Assembly: GCA_947426865.1 (NCBI GenBank) | Contig: CANEFS010000002.1 | Location: forward strand, 5,332-69,331 | Source of the DNA: an uncultured Coriobacteriaceae bacterium | Lineage (GTDB): Bacteria > Actinomycetota > Coriobacteriia > Coriobacteriales > Atopobiaceae | Direction: 5' to 3' | DNA length: 64,000 nucleotides | In this document: positions 53,964-64,000 of the stretch, one piece after another | Layout: each line of letters starts with the position of its first letter | Numbering within the stretch: the first letter of the stretch is position 1 | Program-made: the position numbers and the translations under genes | The notes under the pieces: generated by a model | Seen by the model: the letters and a program-made list of their open reading frames with translations, nothing else | Told to the model about the DNA's origin: nothing | The model's database searches: none

Positions 53964-54776
53964 ATGTCTCATCCTCCTAAAATCATCTTTACGGACATGG
54001 ACGGCACGCTCTTAGGTGCCAATCATCACCCCATCCCTGGTGATGAAAAAATCTTGCAACAGGTAGAGGCAGCGGGTGCCAAAATATGTTTTACGTCAGG
54101 ACGGTTCCCAAAGGGCCTCATTCCTTTTCATGAAATGCTCAAGATTCACGGCCCTATCATTTCTTATTCGGGAGCCCTCATATTGGATGAGAAGGGGGAA
54201 GCGCTTTTCTCGACAACGTTTTCGCTTGAAGCGGCAAAGGAACTCCTTGCAGAGATTGAAACGTTTAAGCCTGGAATTTTCCGAGGCACCTATGGCTTTA
54301 ATAATTGGGTCGTGCCAATCTCGGACAATCCCTTCTTGCAAGAGGAAGAGACCTACGTTTTAGCGAAAGCCATTAGGGACATCAACATCGATCCCTATTT
54401 CGAGAAAACCGGCCTTCATAAGGTTTTAGTTATGGGAGAACCGGAAGAAATCGTCGCTTTAGAAAAAGAGATTGTCCCCCGCCATCATGAGCTCAACATT
54501 ATTCGCTCGAGTCCCATCTTTTTGGAATTCATGAAACGTGAAGCCAATAAAGGGTCGGCTGTCGAAAAAGTATTGGAGCATTATGGCATTGATAAAGAGG
54601 ACGCAGTGGCCTTTGGAGACGCTCCAAATGATTTAGATATGCTGAACGCAGTGCTCCATAGCTACGCGATGAAAAACGCCTTCCCAGAAATCAAGAAGGC
54701 CGCCGCGCACGAAACGCAATATACCAACGAAGAATCCGGCGTCGCCCGAGAGCTTGCTCGCCTCTTCTCACTTTAG
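53964..54776 (+). CDS. Cof-type HAD-IIB sugar phosphatase
   Basis: IIFTDMDGTLL and GDAPNDLDML. Confidence 0.88.
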   Translation: MSHPPKIIFTDMDGTLLGANHHPIPGDEKILQQVEAAGAKICFTSGRFPKGLIPFHEMLKIHGPIISYSGALILDEKGEALFSTTFSLEAAKELLAEIETFKPGIFRGTYGFNNWVVPISDNPFLQEEETYVLAKAIRDINIDPYFEKTGLHKVLVMGEPEEIVALEKEIVPRHHELNIIRSSPIFLEFMKREANKGSAVEKVLEHYGIDKEDAVAFGDAPNDLDMLNAVLHSYAMKNAFPEIKKAAAHETQYTNEESGVARELARLFSL

Positions 54777-54806
54777 CAGCTCAGGCCCCGTATATTTTTT
54801 CGATAA

Positions 54807-55643
54807 TTATTCTGAAGAAGATTGGCGAAGCCATTCGTAGGCAAAAACCGTTGCAGCTTGCGCCACATTAAGAGACTCAATCTTTCCCGTTTGGGGAATA
54901 GTGGCAAGAAAATCGCACTTCTTTAAAACAAGCTCAGAAATTCCTTGCTTTTCTGAACCCATAACAAGACCAACGCGTCCCGATAAAGGAGCTTTCCAAA
55001 GAGGATCATTTGTGTGCTCGGTCGCGCCCGTAATCCAAAACCCTTCACCCTTTAAAGTCTCGATAACAGAAACGAGATTGGGAACTTGAGCAATCGGAAG
55101 ATGGGCAACCGCTCCGGCACTTGCTTTGTAAGCACCCGCCCCGACAGATGCTGAGCGTGCCTGCGGCATAATGAGCCCTGCAGCTCCAAGCACCTCTGCA
55201 GTGCGCGCTATCGCGCCCAAATTTCCTTGATCTTCAATATGGTCGAGAAGAACGACAAGCGCATCTTTTTTTCCTTGGCAAGTTGCAAGAATCTCCTCAA
55301 GAGTCGCATACGTGTAAGGCTCAACTTCTAAGAGAATTCCTTGATGAGAGGAGTTTTTAGCAAGATTTTCTAAAGAGCGATTTGAAACTGTCTCGATTAA
55401 AATGTGAGCCCTTTTAAGCTCTGCGACAATCTTATTAAGGCGATTGTCGTGTCCTTCTAAGAGGTGCTTCTCGGAAATGAAAGCGCGCTTGAGAGGAACG
55501 CCAGCAGAGAGCGCTTCGGTGGCGGCATGGCGGCCAAAAATATAGTGCGGAGTTTTCGCAGAGGTTGCATGCCCTAACTTGCCGCCTGTGCACCTTTTTC
55601 CCTGGGGGCGTTTTTGCTTCTTGTTCGTTATTCTCTTGTTCAT
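54807..55643 (-). CDS. rlmB: TrmH/SpoU-family 23S rRNA (guanosine-2'-O)-methyltransferase
   Basis: SpoU substrate-binding and methylase motifs (DQGNLGAIARTAE, LNVAQA). Start overlaps the cysS stop (TAATG). Confidence 0.85.
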   Translation of the reverse strand: MNKRITNKKQKRPQGKRCTGGKLGHATSAKTPHYIFGRHAATEALSAGVPLKRAFISEKHLLEGHDNRLNKIVAELKRAHILIETVSNRSLENLAKNSSHQGILLEVEPYTYATLEEILATCQGKKDALVVLLDHIEDQGNLGAIARTAEVLGAAGLIMPQARSASVGAGAYKASAGAVAHLPIAQVPNLVSVIETLKGEGFWITGATEHTNDPLWKAPLSGRVGLVMGSEKQGISELVLKKCDFLATIPQTGKIESLNVAQAATVFAYEWLRQSSSE

Positions 55644-57202
55644 TATTCTTTAATGCGCGTACCCTGCGGAGTGTCTTCAACTGTAAAGCCAGCCTCGGTT
55701 AGCTCATCGCGAATGGCATCTGCTGTGGCAAAGTCCTTGTTCTTGCGCGCAAGGTCACGAGCCTCAATAAGCGCTTCCATTGCCTTTTCTAAACTCGCAA
55801 AAAGTTCAACGCTAGTCTCTTGCGATTGCAAAGCATACTTCTTCGCAATTTCAACAACTGCCTTTTCCTTCACGCTGTCAGCGTTGTCGGCGCCCTTCGC
55901 GTCTTCCGCGCCTCCAGTTACTCCCGCACCTTTTCCTTTTGCATCCCTCACGTTCACGCCAAACACAGAGAGAAGCTCTTGTATCGCCTTCGAGGCTGCT
56001 TCGGCCTCATCTTTTGTGCCGGGTTTATCGGTGTTGGCTGTCTCAAGCCACTTGTTCGCTTTGTTCTGAAGATCAAAAATAGCGGCAAGAGCAGAGGCAC
56101 TATTAAAGTCATCGTCCATGGCCTCTTCAAACACGGCGCGTGCCTCTTTTGCCGCAGCAATCAAAGTGAGGCCATCCAAGTTTTTCTCGGCATCCGGAGT
56201 TGCGAAGGCGTGCGCTGCTATCCAATCAAGGTTCGTGACGGTAGAAGCAAGTTTACCCAGGCGTCCAGCGGCTCCCTTTAGACGCTCAAAGCTAAAGTCC
56301 ATCGAGGAGCGATAGTGCGTTTGCAACATCAAAAGGCGCAACGCGTTGGCGGGATAGTGGTCGAGAACCTCTTTGAGCGTGAAGAAATTTCCCAGCGACT
56401 TGCTCATCTTCTCGCCATCCACGCGAAGCATACCCGTGTGCATCCAGAGGTTTGCCAAAGGCTCGCTCCAGCATCCAGAAGCCTGTGCGGCCTCGTTTTC
56501 ATGATGCGGGAAAATGAGGTCGGCGCCACCTCCGTGGATATCGATGGGCGTCCCTAAATACTTATGAACCATCGTTGAACATTCCGTGTGCCAGCCGGGA
56601 CGGCCTTCTCCCCATGGACTTTTCCAGGAGGGCTCGCCAGGCTTGGCCGCTTTCCAGAGTGCAAAATCGAGCGGATCTTTTTTGTCTTCGTTCTCCTCGA
56701 TGCGCGCGCCAACTAAAAGTTCGTCCACTTTTCTCCCCGAAACACTTCCGTAGGTCGCACAACTTCTCACCGAGAAATACACGTCTCCGTTATCGGCCGC
56801 ATAAGCGTGGCCCTTCTCGATAAGCCCTTCAATCATTTCAATCATCTGGTCGATTTCTTCGGTTGCACGGGGGCGAATGTCGGGTGCTAAAACACCAAGG
56901 CGCTCCATCTGCTCAATGAAGGCGTCACTGAAAGTGCGTGCAACTTCTGCCGCATCTTTTCCCTCATCTTGAGCACGCTTGATAATCTTGTCGTCAACGT
57001 CCGTTAGGTTTTGCGCAAACGTGACAGCGTATCCCTTGTGAATGAGGTAGCGCCTGATCACATCGAAGGCCAAAAACGTGCGCGCATTGCCGATGTGAAT
57101 CTGGTCGTAGACAGTAGGGCCGCACACATACATAGAAATCTTGCCGTCGTGAATGGGGTGCAACTCTTCTTTTTTGTGAGTTTGAGAATTGTAAATCCGC
57201 AT
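55643..57202 (-). CDS. cysS: Cysteinyl-tRNA synthetase
   Basis: HIGNARTF and KMSKSLGN motifs. Confidence 0.95.
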   Translation of the reverse strand: MRIYNSQTHKKEELHPIHDGKISMYVCGPTVYDQIHIGNARTFLAFDVIRRYLIHKGYAVTFAQNLTDVDDKIIKRAQDEGKDAAEVARTFSDAFIEQMERLGVLAPDIRPRATEEIDQMIEMIEGLIEKGHAYAADNGDVYFSVRSCATYGSVSGRKVDELLVGARIEENEDKKDPLDFALWKAAKPGEPSWKSPWGEGRPGWHTECSTMVHKYLGTPIDIHGGGADLIFPHHENEAAQASGCWSEPLANLWMHTGMLRVDGEKMSKSLGNFFTLKEVLDHYPANALRLLMLQTHYRSSMDFSFERLKGAAGRLGKLASTVTNLDWIAAHAFATPDAEKNLDGLTLIAAAKEARAVFEEAMDDDFNSASALAAIFDLQNKANKWLETANTDKPGTKDEAEAASKAIQELLSVFGVNVRDAKGKGAGVTGGAEDAKGADNADSVKEKAVVEIAKKYALQSQETSVELFASLEKAMEALIEARDLARKNKDFATADAIRDELTEAGFTVEDTPQGTRIKE

Positions 57203-57214
57203 GTTATTTCCTCT

Positions 57215-57712
57215 TTAATTCTTTTCAAGAAGACACACAGCGCTTGCCGCAATCCCTTCTCCCCTTCCGAGAAACCCTAACTTTTCTGTTGTCGTTGCTT
57301 TGATGCTTATGGCTGCGATATCACAATCGAGAACAGAAACGATTGCTTTTCGCATAGCCTCTTTATGCGGCCCAATTTTTGGGCATTCACAAAGAACGGT
57401 GATGTCGGCATTTTGAAATTGAAAATCGTGTGTCTCGAGCAATGTCTCCACTTCGCGCAAAAGCTGAAGGGAGTCAGCTCCCTTAAACGAAGCGTCGGTG
57501 TCGGGAAAAATCTCTCCAATGTCTGAGGCGCCTTCAATTTTGGCAGCACCCAAAAGCGCGTCCATTAAAGCATGAACGACAACGTCTGCATCGGAGTGTC
57601 CCGCAAGCGCGCGTTCACCTTCAAAGAAAACGCCGCCCAGAATAAGCTTTCGTGAAGAGGCAGAGGTATTCTCGAAAGCGTGAACGTCGAATCCTTGTCC
57701 AACGAAAATCAT
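57215..57712 (-). CDS. ispF: 2-C-methyl-D-erythritol 2,4-cyclodiphosphate synthase
   Basis: GFDVHAF and GHSDADV motifs. Confidence 0.94.
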   Translation of the reverse strand: MIFVGQGFDVHAFENTSASSRKLILGGVFFEGERALAGHSDADVVVHALMDALLGAAKIEGASDIGEIFPDTDASFKGADSLQLLREVETLLETHDFQFQNADITVLCECPKIGPHKEAMRKAIVSVLDCDIAAISIKATTTEKLGFLGRGEGIAASAVCLLEKN

Positions 57713-58567
57713 TTAAAGACCTCGCTTCGCCTCATGCGAGCCTTCGTTTTTAAGGCGAGTATTCAGGAGAGCCTCGGCCACCACCAAATCGATGGGAAGT
57801 GTGACTTTGATGTTGTCTCTTTGCAGGTCGAGACAACCCACTTTCTTGCCCGCATTTTCTACGAGACTCGCGTCATCGGTTCCTTCAAGACCGATGCTCA
57901 TCGCAAGCGTATGGGCGTCTCGAAGATCAGCTTTTCTAAATGTTTGAGGCGTTTGAATGCACCAATAACGAGCGCGATCGGGCGTGCCGCAAACGGTCGC
58001 ATCGGAGTCGACCACCTTGAGCGTATCGACCGAAGGATAGCCAACGACCATCCCCGCCAAATCTTTTCGCAGGCGAAGATTTCTGATGGTGGCCTCAATC
58101 GTATCGGAGGTAACAAGCGGGCGCGCTCCATCCAAAACGGTCACAAAATGATGAAGGGGGTTCACTGCCGCAAGCCCGTGGCGCACACTTTCCTGGCGCG
58201 TCGTTCCGCCTTGTGCCAATACGATGGGAACAACAGTGGGAAGACCTGAAACTAAGGCTTTTACCTCGGCGAGGTCTTCACCGCGTACAACAACAATAAT
58301 TTCTGCCACAGAGGGAGCCGCATCGGCCGCAAGAATCGACCAGGTCAACAAAGGAGAACCTGCCAGAGGTGCCAAAATTTTGCTGAAGGAAGAATCCTCC
58401 CCTATATCTTTTGCAATGATGGCGGAAATCTCGTCGGGATAATCGCCGTCATGCGCGGCGTTAAAGCGTTCAGAAGTTCCTGCAGCGACGATGATGGCAG
58501 AGGTGTCGGAGGAGCCAAAAGCGGTCGACAAATGTGTGAGTTCTGGTTTTTGTTCTACGTGTAACAC
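57713..58567 (-). CDS. ispD: 2-C-methyl-D-erythritol 4-phosphate cytidylyltransferase
   Basis: AIIVAAGTSERF. GTG start with an AAGGAGG RBS. Abuts ispF. Confidence 0.9.
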   Translation of the reverse strand: MLHVEQKPELTHLSTAFGSSDTSAIIVAAGTSERFNAAHDGDYPDEISAIIAKDIGEDSSFSKILAPLAGSPLLTWSILAADAAPSVAEIIVVVRGEDLAEVKALVSGLPTVVPIVLAQGGTTRQESVRHGLAAVNPLHHFVTVLDGARPLVTSDTIEATIRNLRLRKDLAGMVVGYPSVDTLKVVDSDATVCGTPDRARYWCIQTPQTFRKADLRDAHTLAMSIGLEGTDDASLVENAGKKVGCLDLQRDNIKVTLPIDLVVAEALLNTRLKNEGSHEAKRGL

Positions 58568-58599
58568 CGCTCGGTCCTCCTTATGCCTCTCTCGCCTTT

Positions 58600-61263
58600 T
58601 TAAGATTCCGATCCAGCATGCAAACGGGGCGCCTCAGAATCTCCTAATCCACCTTCAGCACCACGGCTGTGCGAGGGATTCTCGAACCATTGCTCATGTG
58701 GCGTCTCTTGGCTGAGCGTCTCGCGATAGCTGGGTTCAGGAATTTCGCCCTTGGTGTGCTTGAACTTGAGCTTCTCGCCTTTTTTATCGGCCTCAACGAG
58801 CACAATCTCGCCTGGCTTCCATTTGTTTGCGAGAAGTTCTTCTGCCAGCTTGTCCTCAATCATCGTTTGGATAGCACGACGCAAAGGACGCGCTCCGTAA
58901 ATGGGGTCGGTGCCAATTTTTGCAAGGAGCTTACGTGCAGAATCGCTCAACTCGATTGACATGCCTTGCTCAATCATGCGATTGCGAAGGTCACGCATCA
59001 TCAAATCAACAATACTCAGCAATTCATCATCTGCAAGCGCATTAAACACGACGGTCTCGTCCACGCGGTTCAAAAACTCGGGACGGAAATGTTTTTTAAG
59101 CTCCGACATGACGCGGCTTTCAATCTCATCTTTTGAAAGGCCGGTGCTTCCGGTGTCTCCAAAGCCAAGAGTTGTCGTGGTGGCAATGTCGCGTGCGCCA
59201 ATGTTGGACGTCATGATGATGACGGTGTTCGTAAAATCAATCTTGCGACCCTGACCGTCAGCTAAGCGCCCCTCATCCAAAATTTGCAAGAGAATATTGA
59301 AGACGTCGGGGTGGGCCTTCTCGATTTCGTCGAACAAGATGACAGAGTAAGGCTTTCTGCGAACCGCTTTTGTCAGCTCTCCGCCTTCGTCGTAACCCAC
59401 ATACCCCGGAGGCGCTCCCACCAATTTGGAAACGGCAAACTTCTCCATGAACTCCGACATATCGAAGGTAATCAATGCATCTTCTGAGCCAAACAAGAAC
59501 TCTGCCAAAGACTTGGCAAGCTCTGTTTTACCGACGCCAGAAGGTCCTAGGAAAATGAAGGAGCCACCGGGGCGGCGAGGATTTTTAAGCGGGGAGCGGC
59601 TGCGCCTAATAGCGCGTGCTATCAAATCAATCGCTTGGTTTTGTCCAATAACGCGCTCGTGCAACACTTCTTCGGCACGAAGCAGCTTGGAAGATTCGGC
59701 CTCTGTCAAATCGGCCACAGGAACGTGCGAGATGGAAGAGATGACATCTGCGATATCGGAAACGCTTACCTCAACGGTGACTTCGTCCAAAGTCTTGCGC
59801 CATTTCTCCTCAAGCTCTTCATGCTTTTTCAGAAGAGCTTTCTCTTTGTCGCGAAGCTTTGCCGCCTCTTCATACTCCTGGTTTTGAGCAGCCTGCGCTT
59901 TTTGGTCGCGTACGTGGGCAAGCTCTGCGTCGCACTGCGTAATCTCATGCGGCACCGCTACCTTGTGAACACGCGTACGAGCACCTGCCTCATCAATCAC
60001 GTCGATGGCTTTGTCAGGCAAGAAGCGATCTTGGATGTAGCGCTCTGAGAGAACAACAGCACTTTCAATCGCGTCATCGGTGTAGCGGACATGGTGGTGC
60101 TTTTCGTAACGAGCGCGCAAACCTTGCAAAATCTCAATGGCATCGTGAACGCTTGGCTCGTTAATGAAGACGGGTTGGAAACGACGCTCAAAAGCCGAGT
60201 CCTTCTCGATATGTTTGCGATACTCTTCCGCGGTTGTAGCGCCAATCACTTGAATCTCTCCGCGCGAGAGGGGCGGCTTCAAAATCGAGGCTGCATCCAC
60301 TGAGCCCTCGGCAGCACCGGCGCCAATAAGAGTGTGAATCTCGTCAATGAAAAGAATGACGTCTTTCGAGTCGAGAACCTCTTTAATAACGCTCTTAAGG
60401 CGCTCCTCGAACTCGCCGCGATACTTGGCTCCTGCCAAGAGAGCAGCAACATCAAGCGTCCAGATTTCCTTTTTACGCAGAGACTCTGGAACGGTGCCGC
60501 CCGCGATAAGTTGGGCGAGTCCTTCGGCAATAGCAGTTTTGCCAACGCCTGGATCTCCCAGGATAAGGGGGTTATTTTTTTGACGGCGTGCAAGCACTTG
60601 CATGACACGCTCAACCTCGGCATCGCGGCCGATAACAGGATCGAGCTTTCCGTCCTTAGCAAGTTTCGTTAAGTTGCGCCCAAATTCTTGGAGAGTGGAA
60701 CCTTCTTGTTCGCCTCCAAGCCCTCCTGGCATCTGGCCCATAGGAACGCCGGCCATTGGCCCCATAAAGGAGGGTCCTAAGCGCACCTCCCCTATCATCG
60801 GTCCTCCCTTTTCTTGCGCGGAAGGATCTGACTTAATGAGATCGTCCACCGCATTGCGCACCGCGTCAGCAGAAATTCCCAAACGCTGAAGGACTTCTAT
60901 AGCAACCCCATTTCCTTCTCGGATGATGCCGAGAAGAAGATGTTCTGTAGAAATGTAGCTTTGGCCACGCGTGATGGTCTCGCGATACGCTCCTTCCAAA
61001 ACGCGCTTGGCGCGAGGAGTGAAGGGAATGTGGCCGCCGGATACGGGCTCAGCCTCTTTTTGGGTGATTTCTTTAACGGCCGCCAAAGCGTCGTCGTAGT
61101 TTACGTTAAGAGTTTTAAGGGCTGTCGCGGCAATGCCTGAATCTTGTTTCAAAAGAGCCAGCAGGAAGTGTTCAGTTCCTACATACATTTGGCCAAGCGA
61201 ACGGGCTTGGTCTTGGGCAAGGCTCATGGCCGCGCGGGCCTTCTCGGTAAATTTATCAAACAT
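58600..61263 (-). CDS. clpC: ATP-dependent Clp protease ATP-binding subunit ClpC
   Basis: Clp_N repeats and two AAA modules ([21 protein letters not shown]). ATG 61263 (MFDKFTEKA) has a GAGGAGGAA RBS. Confidence 0.95.
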   Translation of the reverse strand: MFDKFTEKARAAMSLAQDQARSLGQMYVGTEHFLLALLKQDSGIAATALKTLNVNYDDALAAVKEITQKEAEPVSGGHIPFTPRAKRVLEGAYRETITRGQSYISTEHLLLGIIREGNGVAIEVLQRLGISADAVRNAVDDLIKSDPSAQEKGGPMIGEVRLGPSFMGPMAGVPMGQMPGGLGGEQEGSTLQEFGRNLTKLAKDGKLDPVIGRDAEVERVMQVLARRQKNNPLILGDPGVGKTAIAEGLAQLIAGGTVPESLRKKEIWTLDVAALLAGAKYRGEFEERLKSVIKEVLDSKDVILFIDEIHTLIGAGAAEGSVDAASILKPPLSRGEIQVIGATTAEEYRKHIEKDSAFERRFQPVFINEPSVHDAIEILQGLRARYEKHHHVRYTDDAIESAVVLSERYIQDRFLPDKAIDVIDEAGARTRVHKVAVPHEITQCDAELAHVRDQKAQAAQNQEYEEAAKLRDKEKALLKKHEELEEKWRKTLDEVTVEVSVSDIADVISSISHVPVADLTEAESSKLLRAEEVLHERVIGQNQAIDLIARAIRRSRSPLKNPRRPGGSFIFLGPSGVGKTELAKSLAEFLFGSEDALITFDMSEFMEKFAVSKLVGAPPGYVGYDEGGELTKAVRRKPYSVILFDEIEKAHPDVFNILLQILDEGRLADGQGRKIDFTNTVIIMTSNIGARDIATTTTLGFGDTGSTGLSKDEIESRVMSELKKHFRPEFLNRVDETVVFNALADDELLSIVDLMMRDLRNRMIEQGMSIELSDSARKLLAKIGTDPIYGARPLRRAIQTMIEDKLAEELLANKWKPGEIVLVEADKKGEKLKFKHTKGEIPEPSYRETLSQETPHEQWFENPSHSRGAEGGLGDSEAPRLHAGSES

Positions 61264-61291
61264 AGTTTCCTCCTCAATTCCTCCTCTATGT

Positions 61292-62833
61292 TTATTCGAA
61301 TACTTCGGGACGCAGGTGTGGGAAGGGCAAGACGTCTCTGATGGACGGCTGGTCGCAAAGAAGCATGGCCATGCGATCGATACCAATTCCAATTCCACCG
61401 GTTGGAGGCAGCCCGTATTCAAGGGCACGAATGTAATCTTGATCGTATTCCATCGCCTCGTCGTCTCCAGCAGCCTTCGCCTCAACTTGCGCCGCGAAGC
61501 GTGACTCTTGGTCAACGGGGTCGTTCAATTCAGTAAATGCATTTGCGTACTCGTGGCCTGCGATGATGAGCTCAAAACGGTCCGTGAGGCGAGGGTCGCT
61601 GGGCTTGCGTTTTGCAAGAGGCGAGACCTCCACGGGATAATCGCAAACAAAGGTGGGGTCAACGATGGTGCTTTCAACGAGCTCATCGTAGAGGGCAAAG
61701 ATGAGTTTGCCCGCGCCCCAGCTATCTTCAATCTCTAGGTGATGCTTTTTGCAAAGCTCTTGTAAATGCTCTTTCGGCGTGTCAAGGTCGACCACTTCGC
61801 CGACAATCTCACTCACGAGCTCGGTCATGGGAGCGCTTCTCCAGGTGCCGGAAAGATTGATTTTCTGACCTTGGTAGTCGATGATGTCGCTGTCGCAAAT
61901 CTCTGCGCAGGCAGCTTGGAAAATACCTTGTGCGAGCTCTTTCATGCCATCGATATCACTGTAGGCACAGTAAGCCTCAATCGTTGTAAACTCAGGGTTG
62001 TGCGTCTGGTCCATGCCTTCATTTCTAAACATACGACCAATCTCATAAACGCGGTCCATGCCGCCCACCACGAGACGCTTTAGGTGAAGCTCGGTAGCGA
62101 TGCGAAGATAGAAATCGTTATCGAGGGCGTTATGGTGTGTAACAAAGGGACGTGCGTTTGCTCCGCCCAGCGTGTATTGAAGGATGGGTGTCTCGACCTC
62201 AAAGTAGCCTTCGTTGTCCATGTACTTTCTAATCGCGGCAATCATGCGTGAACGCCTCTTGAAAACTTCGAGGACCTCTTCGTTCGAAATCATGTCGGCG
62301 TAGCGCTGACGATAGCGAGTCTCTTTGTCGGCAAGTCCGTGGAACTTCTCGGGGAGAGGACGAAGGGCCTTCGCAAGCATCGTCAATTTTTCAGGAGCGA
62401 CAGAAAGCTGGCCCGTGCGAGAGCGCATAACTTTTCCCGTGACGCCAATAATGTCGCCGAGAGAAACTGTTTTGAACAGCTCCCAGGCGTTCTCGTCAAA
62501 GTTATTGATGCGGAAAAAGAGCTGGATGGAGCCCTCTTTGTCCTTGAGAATCACGAAAGCGATTTTTCCCTGGTTGCGGATGGCCATAACGCGGCCAGCA
62601 AGCGTGACCTCGTCGTCGGTGTTCTCTCCGGAGCCAAGTTCTGCGTATTTTTCTTCCAGCTCTGCCGAGAAAGCATTCGGCTGAAAAAGCGAGGGATACG
62701 GATTGATACCCGCATCAATCATTTGCTGGCGACGCTCCCGGCGCATCGTGCGCTCATCTTGGGGGGCTTTAGCAGGCGCTTTGGCCGGTGTTTGGGCGGC
62801 TTCCGTTTTTTTTGTTGAGTTAGTTTCGGTCAT
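61292..62833 (-). CDS. lysS: Lysyl-tRNA synthetase (class II)
   Basis: OB-fold N-domain and class II motifs, including GGIGIGIDRMAMLL. Confidence 0.95.
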   Translation of the reverse strand: MTETNSTKKTEAAQTPAKAPAKAPQDERTMRRERRQQMIDAGINPYPSLFQPNAFSAELEEKYAELGSGENTDDEVTLAGRVMAIRNQGKIAFVILKDKEGSIQLFFRINNFDENAWELFKTVSLGDIIGVTGKVMRSRTGQLSVAPEKLTMLAKALRPLPEKFHGLADKETRYRQRYADMISNEEVLEVFKRRSRMIAAIRKYMDNEGYFEVETPILQYTLGGANARPFVTHHNALDNDFYLRIATELHLKRLVVGGMDRVYEIGRMFRNEGMDQTHNPEFTTIEAYCAYSDIDGMKELAQGIFQAACAEICDSDIIDYQGQKINLSGTWRSAPMTELVSEIVGEVVDLDTPKEHLQELCKKHHLEIEDSWGAGKLIFALYDELVESTIVDPTFVCDYPVEVSPLAKRKPSDPRLTDRFELIIAGHEYANAFTELNDPVDQESRFAAQVEAKAAGDDEAMEYDQDYIRALEYGLPPTGGIGIGIDRMAMLLCDQPSIRDVLPFPHLRPEVFE

Positions 62834-62940
62834 GTTCTTCTTCTTTATTCTTTTGTTTGATTGCTACTTTTATCCGTTTGCTTCTTTTGTTTTGTGACTT
62901 GTGGGTGAAGTCTTTTTGTCTTCTTTTAGCTTCTTTCAAG

Positions 62941-62975
62941 ACACAAAACGCCCGCCCCAAAAGCTAGGGTGGGCG
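62941..62975 (-). terminator. Intrinsic terminator downstream of greA
   Basis: Minus-strand CGCCCACCC-loop-GGGGCGGGCG (9 bp with one mismatch) followed by UUUUGUGU, 22 nt after the greA stop. Confidence 0.6.
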
Positions 62976-62997
62976 CCTTCGTTTCTAAACGTTTTTT

Positions 62998-63474
62998 CTA
63001 ACGCCCAATAAAAGTTATTTCATACTTTTTCTTCGAACCGTTGGGGGCGATAACTTCAATCTCCTCGCCTTTTTTGTGACCCATGAGAGCAGAGCCCACA
63101 GGAGACTCGTTCGAAATCATGTGGTTCAGCGAGTCAGTCTCTGTGGTACCAACGATAGAAAACTCGTGCTCTTGCTGGGTTTTCAGGTCTTTAATTTTTA
63201 CCTTTGATCCAATAGATACCGCACGAGTGCCGGTCTTTTCGACAATTTGTGCACTGGCGAGAATGGAGCGAATCTCAGCAACACGAGCCTCGTTTTTGGC
63301 CTGATCTTCTTTGGCCGCATCGTACTCGGCGTTTTCCGAAAGATCGCCGAAATCCTTCGCCGTTTTAATGGCTTCAGTAATCTCTTTTGCGTGCTCACCT
63401 TCACGCCAGGCAAGCTCCTCCTGAAGCTTCTCGCGGCCATCTTTTGTGAGCTGAATTTGTGTATTATCTGTCAT
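62998..63474 (-). CDS. greA: Transcription elongation factor GreA
   Basis: Full-length GreA pattern (DLSENAEYDAAKEDQ, VSIGSKV). Confidence 0.95.
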   Translation of the reverse strand: MTDNTQIQLTKDGREKLQEELAWREGEHAKEITEAIKTAKDFGDLSENAEYDAAKEDQAKNEARVAEIRSILASAQIVEKTGTRAVSIGSKVKIKDLKTQQEHEFSIVGTTETDSLNHMISNESPVGSALMGHKKGEEIEVIAPNGSKKKYEITFIGR

Positions 63475-63581
63475 GTAACAAATTCTCCTAAACGTATCTT
63501 GAACTTGTACTAAGCGCCTGAACGAGCGTGTTTCTCGCGCTTATATCCTGGACGCCTTTCTTTTGCTCAGCGAGGCAACCC

Positions 63582-63857
63582 CTAGGCAGTCTTGCTTTCG
63601 TCTGCCGATGCCTCCTGCTTTTTTGCTTCAGCAGCGGGCTTTTCTGCCGCCTCGGTTTTCTCGGTTGTATCAGCGGACTTAGCAGCGGTCTCTGACGCAT
63701 TCGCGTCATCTGCTCCTTTTGCCTCTGACTCCTTGCGGAAATTGTTAACGGTCTTTCCAATAGAAGATCCCAGTTTTGGGAGATTTTTGGGGCCAAAAAT
63801 AATGAGCACAACCACCAAAATAATGATGAGCTCGGGGACGCCGAGTCCTCCAAACAT
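63582..63857 (-). CDS. tatA: Twin-arginine translocase subunit TatA/E
   Basis: [33 protein letters not shown] 63857 is preferred over the longer ORF. Confidence 0.88.
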   Translation of the reverse strand: MFGGLGVPELIIILVVVLIIFGPKNLPKLGSSIGKTVNNFRKESEAKGADDANASETAAKSADTTEKTEAAEKPAAEAKKQEASADESKTA

Positions 63858-64000
63858 ATAAGCCTCTCTTCCTTCTGTTTTCTCTTTCGCGTCTTGCGAT
63901 TTTGCTTTGAAATCCGCCGCGCGTGCGACAGGTTCCTTTTTTCTCCATTTGCGCGTCATTTTCTGCATTTTCATGCAATTTTGCGCTTATCTATTATATT

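Noticed and set aside
61264-61515. An 84-codon N-terminal extension of the clpC ORF that overlaps lysS by 224 nt.
   Set aside because: The conserved ClpC N-terminus ([13 protein letters not shown]) starts at ATG 61263 behind a strong GAGGAGGAA RBS. The extension has no similarity to ClpC and overlaps the well-supported lysS C-terminus.
62834-62997. A T-box or other riboswitch in the 164-nt lysS leader, and T-boxes for metG, alaS and cysS.
   Set aside because: The lysS leader is purine-rich and unstructured apart from the greA terminator, and lacks the T-box motif (GGUGGNACCGCG-like). The other synthetase genes have leaders too short to hold a T-box, or are internal to operons.
1-64000. CRISPR arrays, rRNA and tRNA genes, toxin-antitoxin pairs, restriction-modification or other recognisable defence systems.
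   Set aside because: Visual scanning of all intergenic regions (most under 150 nt) and all ORFs over 60 aa found no spacer-repeat architecture, no tRNA-like cloverleaf candidates and no defence-associated domains. A computational scan (tRNAscan-SE, CRISPR finders, DefenseFinder) should confirm this.

Overview
This 64-kb window is gene-dense (about 56 protein-coding genes) and of moderate GC. I saw no rRNA, tRNA, CRISPR array, transposase or integrase. Gene order and protein signatures point to a host-associated actinobacterium, probably Coriobacteriia (Atopobiaceae-like). That is an inference from synteny blocks: tlyA-nadK-recN...pyrG, ispD-ispF-cysS-rlmB, lysS-clpC and alaS-ruvX-mltG...pepP-efp-nusB. 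I cannot name the species. Most of the window is housekeeping: six aminoacyl-tRNA synthetase-type genes, pyrG, recN, efp, nusB, greA, clpC, thyA-folA, ispDF, plsY/plsC and tatA. Accessory or unusual content: (1) a sigma-B/F-type sigma factor, an ATP-site-less anti-sigma-like protein, and a membrane-anchored DUF948 protein with an acidic patch and a histone-like K/A/T tail. (2) A queH-queA fusion plus tgt, preceded by a preQ1-I-like pseudoknot that overlaps the Shine-Dalgarno sequence. (3) A single-polypeptide HGD-D (dehydratase or double-cubane type) plus activase fusion, next to a bile-salt-hydrolase-family gene. (4) A catalytically degenerate 3-dehydroquinate-synthase-like relic sitting where the actinobacterial shikimate operon normally lies. 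(5) A small accessory stretch holding a LexA-box-controlled Y-family polymerase/YolD cassette and an AT-richer 920-aa beta-helix surface protein. Its coding sequence carries a G8 homopolymer tract, and its promoter spacer carries an A7 tract. (6) A mannose-family PTS, an APC permease and a DUF956 gene inserted between pepP and efp. (7) Many in-frame 9-18-nt tandem repeats inside housekeeping genes. I did not recognise a clear-cut novel multi-gene system such as a defence island. The sigma module, the queuosine leader and the fused radical-enzyme gene are the best candidates for something undescribed. All motif alignments were done by eye and need computational confirmation.
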